Shown piece by piece: positions 30,001 to 38,200 of a stretch of 64,000 nucleotides of DNA (the first letter of the stretch is position 1; the number at the start of each line of letters is the position of its first letter). A program made the translations under genes and the position numbers. Origin of the DNA: Yuukianura sp. NJ FZ-2021 (lineage: Eukaryota). The notes under the pieces were generated by a model. That model did not search any database. It saw nothing but the letters and a program-made list of their open reading frames with translations, and had not been told where the DNA came from. The stretch is taken from positions 2,294,001 to 2,358,000 of the forward strand of contig CM102290.1 in the NCBI GenBank assembly GCA_046563655.1, given 5' to 3'.

Positions 30001-30590
30001 ATAATTCCAAATTCCAAAAAGTTAAAAGTTTAGTAGGAAAATCACTTTTTTTAAATAACATAATTCCAAATTCCAAAAAGTTAAAATTTTAGTAGGAAAA
30101 TCACTTTTTTTAAATAACATAATTCCAAATTCCAAAAAGTTAAAAGTTTAGTAGGAAAATCACTCTTTAAATAACATAATTCCAAATTCCAAAAAGTTAA
30201 AAGTTTAGTAGGAAAATCACTTTTTTTAAATAACATAATTCCAAATTCCAAAAAGTTAAAAGTTTAGTAGGAAAATCACTTTTTTTAAATAACATAATTC
30301 CAAATTCCAAAAAGTTAAAAGTTTAGTAGGAAAATCACTTTTTTTAAATAACATAATTCCAAATTCCAAAAAGTTAAAAGTTTAGTAGGAAAATCACTTT
30401 TTTTAAATAACATAATTCCAAATTCCAAAAAGTTAAAAGTTTAGTAGGAAAATCACTCTTTTTAAATAACATAATTCCAAATTCCAAAAAGTTAAAAGTT
30501 TAGTAGGAAAATCACTCTTTTTAAATAACATAATTCCAAATTCCAAAAAGTTAAAAGTTTAGTAGGAAAATCACTTTTTTTAAATAACAT
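1..30590. repeat. 59-bp tandem satellite array, left part (consensus TTTAGTAGGAAAATCACTCTTTTTAAATAACATAATTCCAAATTCCAAAAAGTTAAAAG), ~515 monomers, contains a 100-N gap
   Basis: Directly visible: the unit shifts by 1 nt per 60-nt line. Only a few recurrent variants occur (CACTC/CACTT, TAACAT/TACCAT, TTCCA/TTCTA, AAAGAG, AAAATTTT, T-run length). Confidence 0.99.
27759..27858. other. Assembly gap (100 N), true size unknown
   Basis: Exactly 100 N with the same satellite in the same orientation on both sides. Confidence 0.99.
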
Positions 30591-30929
30591 TTTTTTTCAT
30601 TTCATTTTCATTTATTCTCCTGTTTCTGGCAGGCTTTTCAGAATAAGTATTAATGATAGTTCTAATAGCTTGTAATTAATGTTAGCAATATATTTAGCGT
30701 ATATGTATCAGTTGTAATTTAAAGAAAGGTGCGTATATTAATCGTTACTAGGATTATTGTTGGGAAGTGGAGTTTCTAAATGGTAATTTTTTTTTAAAAT
30801 GTTGTAAAATTATGTTTTTTTTTCCTTTAAATTTGTGATATATTATGACTTACATATAATTATTTTGCTTTAAATCTTTCGTTGCTAAAATAAGTATTTT
30901 TACGTATTGTTAATATGCATATTCAATAT

Positions 30930-33785
30930 TCAATCCTCTTCCTCAACATCATTTCGGCGTTCGAGTTCATTGTGTTGAGCTTTCATAAAATGGTCCTTAA
31001 GCTTCATTTTTATTGCAATTGGATTGGTAAGACGTCGTACATCCTCTTCCGTCTCCATCCACTTGCGAAAACCACTTGCTTTGAAGGATTGAGGATGAAT
31101 TTTCCGGTTTAAATTTGCTACATGAGTTTTCTTTCTAGTAGTTGTGCTTGATTGAGTAGACTGGATTTCGCTGAAGTAATTTGTAAAGTAATTTGGGCAG
31201 TTTCCTGAGATGATAGTCGAAACTAAATATGTAGTACGGAAATCAGTTAGGTGTTTGGGGAAGAGCCAGTTCAATTCGGTCGTAACCTTCGCTTTCACTG
31301 GATCATATTTCTTCACGTTGAGTACAAATCTTCCTGCCGAACGTATAACTTTTTCCATAGTTTTAAGGTGTTGCTTGTTTGCTTTTCCCCAGATCTCACA
31401 CATATATGTAACTTTGGAGAGAACGTAAGCTTCCATCATAGTTTTCCTGTTTTTCATATTGAGAAATCTTTGCAGAGGATAGAGTGACGCTATGACACTG
31501 CGTGCTTTCTTAGAAATGGATGTAATGTGAGCGTCCCATTTCATTGAACTGTCAATAATTAATCCTAAGCTGGTAATTTGTTTACTTGATTTAACACTTT
31601 CTCCGCAAATTAGAAAGTTCATTTCGCCGACACTTTTTAGGATGCTGGGTTTAGCGCATAATAGAATTGCACTTTTAGTTGGGTTAATGTTCAACTGATT
31701 TTCAGTCATCCACTTAACAACAAATTCCACACTTTCTTCAACTTCTTGTTTAAACTGTTGCAGGGTGCTTGGGTCTCCAGTAACTACCATAGTGTTGTCG
31801 TCAGCAAACATGATGAGGAGATTTTTGCTACGTTGTTGGAATTTCAGTAGAAGATCGTTGACCATGATGGTGAAAAGTAGAGGTGAAAGTATTCCGCCTT
31901 GAGGAGTTCCACGTTTAATGTATATGTTTCCGGATCTTTCCCCGCCCAGTGAGACGAATTGTTTCCGTGCGGATAGATAGGAGGAAAACCATTTGCTTTC
32001 GATTTCGTACCATGACAGCTTTTCCAGTAGGACGTTCCGGTTGACCGTGTCGAAAGCCTTGGATAAATCTAGAGTTATGACAGCGCAGACTTTGTTTCTA
32101 TGAAAGCCATCATATAAGGCATCGGTTACTGCAAGTTGGGCGTGAACTGTTGAACTTCCTTTGATGAACCCAAATTGATTTTTGTGCATTACATTATTAT
32201 CTTCCAAATGTTTCAGCAGTTGAGATTGTGCGCACTTTTCAATGATTTTAGAAAGTACAGGAAGTATTGATATGGGTCTGTAATCCTTAAGACCACAGGG
32301 CTTCCGGCATTTGGGAATTGGAATAATTTGTGCTTGCTTGAGAGAGTCTGGAACCACTGACGATTTGAAACTTTCGTTGATTATGTCCGTCACACTGTAG
32401 AGTATGTTAGGAGCACGTAAAGTTAGTTCAATCATGTATGCACATAGTCCAGTAGTGTCGGTTGTAGTTGAATTCTTTTTTTTCATTTTGTTCCATGATG
32501 TAGCCACCTCTCGTGTTGTGACGTTTTTAAGGTGAAACTTTTTGTTAATTGTTGGCAGACATTCGGGTTTATTTAGAGTTGGCGAGTCATTAGACCAATT
32601 TGTAGGGACGGATGCAAAAAAGTTGTTCAGTTGGTCTGCATTAAATTTGGTCTCGTTTGGTTGTAGTTTCTTCTTGTTTACTTGACAAAACTTATCGATG
32701 GCCTTATGAACTCCTAAATGTTTAATTTCGTTATTTAAATGATTTGTTGTGTCCGTTTTTACTGCGGAATTGACCAGTTTTTTAAAAGCCTTTAGCTTTT
32801 GGTTGTAGAATGGTTCCCCCAGCATGTAGCGTTTGAAGTGGTCCCTCTTTTTCATCAGATCCCGAGTTGCCTGGGTGATGAAGCACTTATTTGGTCGTTC
32901 CCTGATTACAATTTTTTGAACTGGGGCATAAACATCAAAATTTTGTAATAATTTTTCTGTAAGAAAGTCTAATTTGGACTCGACAGTATTGAGCGATGAA
33001 GTTTCTTGAATGTTGATGATAGAACTCGCCAGTTGCTCGTAATTAATTTTTTTGAAATTTCGGGAGCGAATAGTTGATCTCAGTTTCTGTGGCTTGTAAG
33101 AGTGAATTTCTGCGAGAAGTAGGTCATGGTCGGAAATGTTGCATTCGGTAACTTTGCAATATGTGATTGTAGTAGGTGAATTGGTCAGAAACAGATCGAG
33201 CATGTTCTCACCTCGAGTCGGTTCATTGATTAATTGTTTGAATGAATGTATTTTTGCAATTCTAGACAGTTCTTTGTACTCCGATACGGCTGGGAGGTTG
33301 AAATCACCAATTATGTAATGAGGAGAACCACCATGTTGATTTTCTGCCAGAAGGTCTTCAATTTTATTGAAATCATCATGTAGCACTTGACTGAGTTTAT
33401 TGGGTGGGCGATAAGCACATGACACTACAAAACTTTTGTTGAAGTTTACTTGTACTTTTAATGTGATTAATTCTAGCGAATGATCTGTTGTAGAAGGAGA
33501 TTTTGATTCACTTAGCACTTTAATAGTATTTTTAATTAAGATTCCGACGCCACCGCCACGTTTATGGATGCGATCATTTCTATAGAGCAGGAATCCTGGA
33601 GGTATGATTGCTTGGATACTTGCGTTAAGCCACGTTTCACTTAGGCACAATATGTCAATCTGATGTTCATCTAGAAGATTACAGATTTCGGGCAATTTAT
33701 TTGAGTATGAGCGTATGTTAAGATGGCCAATTTTTAATTGGAATTTGGCTTTTACGTGTGTCTGTTGAGAAGTCTGTTGAGATAG
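30930..33785 (-). CDS. LINE ORF2: AP-like endonuclease + reverse transcriptase (951 open codons; no initiator AUG; the ORF track starts it artificially at a TTG at 33695)
   Basis: EN motifs LKIGHLNIRS (upstream of the track start), LCLSETW, YRPP, GDFN, SDH. RT motifs YRPISILPVLSKIIEK, QFGF, DLSKAFDTV, PQGGILSPLLF, FADD, LGLIID. No internal stops or frameshifts. Confidence 0.95.
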   Translation of the reverse strand, partial: LSQQTSQQTHVKAKFQLKIGHLNIRSYSNKLPEICNLLDEHQIDILCLSETWLNASIQAIIPPGFLLYRNDRIHKRGGGVGILIKNTIKVLSESKSPSTTDHSLELITLKVQVNFNKSFVVSCAYRPPNKLSQVLHDDFNKIEDLLAENQHGGSPHYIIGDFNLPAVSEYKELSRIAKIHSFKQLINEPTRGENMLDLFLTNSPTTITYCKVTECNISDHDLLLAEIHSYKPQKLRSTIRSRNFKKINYEQLASSIINIQETSSLNTVESKLDFLTEKLLQNFDVYAPVQKIVIRERPNKCFITQATRDLMKKRDHFKRYMLGEPFYNQKLKAFKKLVNSAVKTDTTNHLNNEIKHLGVHKAIDKFCQVNKKKLQPNETKFNADQLNNFFASVPTNWSNDSPTLNKPECLPTINKKFHLKNVTTREVATSWNKMKKKNSTTTDTTGLCAYMIELTLRAPNILYSVTDIINESFKSSVVPDSLKQAQIIPIPKCRKPCGLKDYRPISILPVLSKIIEKCAQSQLLKHLEDNNVMHKNQFGFIKGSSTVHAQLAVTDALYDGFHRNKVCAVITLDLSKAFDTVNRNVLLEKLSWYEIESKWFSSYLSARKQFVSLGGERSGNIYIKRGTPQGGILSPLLFTIMVNDLLLKFQQRSKNLLIMFADDNTMVVTGDPSTLQQFKQEVEESVEFVVKWMTENQLNINPTKSAILLCAKPSILKSVGEMNFLICGESVKSSKQITSLGLIIDSSMKWDAHITSISKKARSVIASLYPLQRFLNMKNRKTMMEAYVLSKVTYMCEIWGKANKQHLKTMEKVIRSAGRFVLNVKKYDPVKAKVTTELNWLFPKHLTDFRTTYLVSTIISGNCPNYFTNYFSEIQSTQSSTTTRKKTHVANLNRKIHPQSFKASGFRKWMETEEDVRRLTNPIAIKMKLKDHFMKAQHNELERRNDVEEED

Positions 33786-34631
33786 TCAGAATGACGAGGG
33801 TACACTACTTGCACCCGAGTTTGCTTGTCGATTCGCCATCTTCGGAGGGGAACGTAATGTTAAACTGCTTCGCGAAAATCCGGAAGTGGCATCGTAGGTT
33901 GTAGTTGGGACTGCAGCAGGAATCGTCGTTCTTTGAATGGGGTTGCTCATCGGTGGAATTGTTTCGGTGCGTTGTCTACGTGCGGCGATTTTCTTTCGCG
34001 TGGCTAGTGGTAAATCTTGTGTGATATTGATGTTCGGAACAATACTTTTTATAGTATTTTTGGCTGTCCAGATGGCATTGCGGGCTTCCAGTGACTTGAA
34101 TGTGATCTTTATGGGCTTCGACGGATTTTGTGTAGTCGGACGTCCTAGACGATAAAGATCATCGATTATTGGGTAGGCGAGCATTGGCACCGCTTGGGAA
34201 AAAATTCTTTCCATTTCTGCTTTAACAGATTCCATCGTCTCATTGTTTGAATGTAGGACACCGTGTATAATCAAATTGCTTTTGTTGATTGTAATTTGTA
34301 GCCTTTCCAGATCATCTTCATGCGTGTGGATATGAGTAATAAGCAGTTTTTGTTGGTCTTCGGTAGCATAAACTCTGTCTTTGATATGAGATACTTCGGC
34401 ACTCAGAGATTGGAATTGTTGAGTCAGTTCAGAATGATTTGCAGTGACAGTGTCGTTGAGGGTCGATACTTTGTTGGCGAGTAGGTTTACAGTTTGATTG
34501 AGGGTATTTAAAGCTGCTAGTATGGATGCTGATTCTGTTTCCCCCATTTTCAGTGATTTATTCGAAGGTGATTCGTCGTTTTTGGACTTCCGTTTCCTTC
34601 CACGAGTCTTCGGTTCATCTACTGAGCTCAT
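33786..34631 (-). CDS. LINE ORF1 protein (281 aa): basic NLS-like N-terminus, coiled coil, RRM-like domain, Pro/Ser/Thr-rich tail
   Basis: KTRGRKRK, a heptad-rich segment, and the NLIIHGV...YRLGR...PIKITF...ITQDLP pattern typical of LINE ORF1p. It lies directly 5' of ORF2. Confidence 0.88.
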   Translation of the reverse strand: MSSVDEPKTRGRKRKSKNDESPSNKSLKMGETESASILAALNTLNQTVNLLANKVSTLNDTVTANHSELTQQFQSLSAEVSHIKDRVYATEDQQKLLITHIHTHEDDLERLQITINKSNLIIHGVLHSNNETMESVKAEMERIFSQAVPMLAYPIIDDLYRLGRPTTQNPSKPIKITFKSLEARNAIWTAKNTIKSIVPNINITQDLPLATRKKIAARRQRTETIPPMSNPIQRTTIPAAVPTTTYDATSGFSRSSLTLRSPPKMANRQANSGASSVPSSF

Positions 34632-35218
34632 TAGACGTCATCAATAACTGGTTCTAGATATACACGAAATTGGGTGCCAGTATCTTTTTTACTTCGTACA
34701 TAACATGAGTTATAGCTCCTTCGGGCTAACATTTACTATAAGTAAGAAGGAACTTACTTCTGTATGTTCCGACAGCTGATTATTCAGTTTCTAGTTTCTG
34801 TTCTTCAGTAGCTCCAGTTGTCCAGTAGTCCAGTAGTCCAGTGTACCTTGATAGTATTTGGCAGTTGGAGGTTGAAAAACAATCTTCAGTATTCAAAAGT
34901 TTTGAAAAATTCAACGATGTCAAGGTAAGTTTTTTGTTCTGTTTTTTTCTCGTGTCCATCGAACGCAATTTGAAAATTATTTGCACATTATTTGATTAAT
35001 TAAAACAATGTGTGGAAAAATTGTGTGAGGTATGAATTGTTAGTGGAAATTTTACGGTATCTGATATTGTTTTTGGACAATGTTAGAGACAGATCTCGAG
35101 ACAAAGTAGTGAACAGAGCTCCTTATTGGCTGGTCATGGACAGAAATTGGGGTCAGACTGTAAGCCTGTTACATATGAACTGCTTCCTTTATGGCTTTTA
35201 ATCGTTAAGTTTAATCGT

Positions 35219-38200
35219 TAACATAATTCCAAATTCCAAAAAGTTAAAATTTTAGTAGGAAAATCACTCTTTTTAAATAACATAATTCCAAATTCCAAAA
35301 AGTTAAAAGTTTAGTAGGAAAATCACTCTTTTTAAATAACATAATTCCAAATTCCAAAAAGTTAAAAGTTTAGTAGGAAAATCACTCTTTTTAAATAACA
35401 TAATTCCAAATTCCAAAAAGTTAAAAGTTTAGTAGGAAAATCACTTTTTTTAAATAACATAATTCCAAATTCCAAAAAGTTAAAAGTTTAGTAGGAAAAT
35501 CACTCTTTTTAAATAACATAATTCCAAATTCCAAAAAGTTAAAAGTTTAGTAGGAAAATCACTTTTTTTAAATAACATAATTCCAAATTCCAAAAAGTTA
35601 AAAGTTTAGTAGGAAAATCACTTTTTTTAAATAACATAATTCCAAATTCCAAAAAGTTAAAAGTTTAGTAGGAAAATCACTCTTTTTAAATAACATAATT
35701 CCAAATTCCAAAAAGTTAAAAGTTTAGTAGGAAAATCACTTTTTTTAAATAACATAATTCCAAATTCCAAAAAGTTAAAAGTTTAGTAGGAAAATCACTC
35801 TTTTTAAATAACATAATTCCAAATTCTAAAAAGTTAAAAGTTTAGTAGGAAAATCACTCTTTTTAAATAACATAATTCCAAATTCCAAAAAGTTAAAAGT
35901 TTAGTAGGAAAATCACTCTTTCTAAATAACATAATTCCAAATTCCAAAAAGTTAAAAGTTTAGTAGGAAAATCACTCTTTTTAAATAACATAATTCCAAA
36001 TTCCAAAAAGTTAAAAGTTTAGTAGGAAAATCACTCTTTTTAAATAACATAATTCCAAATTCTAAAAAGTTAAAAGTTTAGTAGGAAAATCACTCTTTTT
36101 AAATAACATAATTCCAAATTCCAAAAAGTTAAAAGTTTAGTAGGAAAATCACTCTTTTTAAATAACATAATTCCAAATTCCAAAAAGTTAAAAGTTTAGT
36201 AGGAAAATCACTCTTTTTAAATAACATAATTCCAAATTCCAAAAAGTTAAAAGTTTAGTAGGAAAATCACTTTTTTTAAATAACATAATTCCAAATTCCA
36301 AAAAGTTAAAAGTTTAGTAGGAAAATCACTCTTTTTAAATAACATAATTCCAAATTCCAAAAAGTTAAAAGTTTAGTAGGAAAATCACTTTTTTTAAATA
36401 CCATAATTCCAAATTCCAAAAAGTTAAAAGTTTAGTAGGAAAATCACTCTTTTTAAATACCATAATTCCAAATTCCAAAAAGTTAAAAGTTTAGTAGGAA
36501 AATCACTTTTTTTAAATAACATAATTCCAAATTCCAAAAAGTTAAAAGTTTAGTAGGAAAATCATTCTTTCGTTCTTTTAAAATAACATAATTCCAAATT
36601 CCAAAAAGTTAAAAGTTTAGTAGGAAAATCACTTTTTTTAAATAACATAATTCCAAATTCCAAAAAGTTAAAAGTTTAGTAGGAAAATCACTCTTTTTAA
36701 ATAACATAATTCCAAATTCCAAAAAGTTAAAAGTTTAGTAGGAAAATCACTTTTTTTAAATAACATAATTCCAAATTCCAAAAAGTTAAAAGTTTAGTAG
36801 GAAAATCACTCTTTTTAAATAACATAATTCCAAATTCTAAAAAGTTAAAAGTTTAGTAGGAAAATCACTCTTTTTAAATAACATAATTCCAAATTCCAAA
36901 AAGTTAAAAGTTTAGTAGGAAAATCACTCTTTCTAAATAACATAATTCCAAATTCCAAAAAGTTAAAAGTTTAGTAGGAAAATCACTCTTTTTAAATAAC
37001 ATAATTCCAAATTCCAAAAAGTTAAAAGTTTAGTAGGAAAATCACTCTTTTTAAATAACATAATTCCAAATTCTAAAAAGTTAAAAGTTTAGTAGGAAAA
37101 TCACTCTTTTTAAATAACATAATTCCAAATTCCAAAAAGTTAAAAGTTTAGTAGGAAAATCACTCTTTTTAAATAACATAATTCCAAATTCCAAAAAGTT
37201 AAAAGTTTAGTAGGAAAATCACTCTTTTTAAATAACATAATTCCAAATTCCAAAAAGTTAAAAGTTTAGTAGGAAAATCACTTTTTTTAAATAACATAAT
37301 TCCAAATTCCAAAAAGTTAAAAGTTTAGTAGGAAAATCACTCTTTTTAAATAACATAATTCCAAATTCCAAAAAGTTAAAAGTTTAGTAGGAAAATCACT
37401 TTTTTTAAATACCATAATTCCAAATTCCAAAAAGTTAAAAGTTTAGTAGGAAAATCACTCTTTTTAAATACCATAATTCCAAATTCCAAAAAGTTAAAAG
37501 TTTAGTAGGAAAATCACTTTTTTTAAATAACATAATTCCAAATTCCAAAAAGTTAAAAGTTTAGTAGGAAAATCACTTTTTTTTAATCAACATAATTCCA
37601 AATTCCAAAAAGTTAAAAGTTTAGTAGGAAAATCACTCTTTTTAAATAACATAATTCCAAATTCCAAAAAGTTAAAAGTTTAGTAGGAAAATCACTCTTT
37701 TTAAATAACATAATTCCAAATTCCAAAAAGTTAAAAGTTTAGTAGGAAAATCACTCTTTTTAAATAACATAATTCCAAATTCCAAAAAGTTAAAAGTTTA
37801 GTAGGAAAATCACTTTTTTTAAATACCATAATTCCAAATTCCAAAAAGTTAAAAGTTTAGTAGGAAAATCACTCTTTTTAAATAACATAATTCCAAATTC
37901 CAAAAAGTTAAAAGTTTAGTAGGAAAATCACTCTTTTTAAATAACATAATTCCAAATTCCAAAAAGTTAAAAGTTTAGTAGGAAAATCACTCTTTTTAAA
38001 TAACATAATTCCAAATTCCAAAAAGTTAAAAGTTTAGTAGGAAAATCACTCTTTTTAAATAACATAATTCCAAATTCCAAAAAGTTAAAAGTTTAGTAGG
38101 AAAATCACTCTTTTTAAATAACATAATTCCAAATTCCAAAAAGTTAAAAGTTTAGTAGGAAAATCACTCTTTTTAAATAACATAATTCCAAATTCCAAAA

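Larger units (their letters stand above)
30591..35218 (-). mobile_element. Full-length non-LTR retrotransposon (LINE), CR1/L2 group (CR1/L2/Crack/Daphne-like)
   Basis: ~590-nt 5'UTR, ORF1, APE+RT ORF2 with no obvious C-terminal CCHC or RNase H, and a ~340-nt 3'UTR. It ends (minus strand) AATAAATGAAAATGAAATGAAAAAAA and is flanked by TAACAT at 30585-30590 and 35219-35224. Exact clade needs an RT phylogeny. Confidence 0.93.

Noticed and set aside
33693..33695. TTG as the true ORF2 start
   Set aside because: It lies downstream of the conserved first EN motif (GHLNIRS), and the frame is open back to the ORF1 stop.
30915..34155. Plus-strand ORFs antisense to the LINE
   Set aside because: Short shadow ORFs with no recognisable motifs.
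34690..34760. Possible ribozyme or structured RNA in the LINE 5'UTR (small hairpin around CCTTCGGG)
   Set aside because: I could not fit hammerhead, HDV, twister or hatchet cores by eye. A covariance-model search would be needed.
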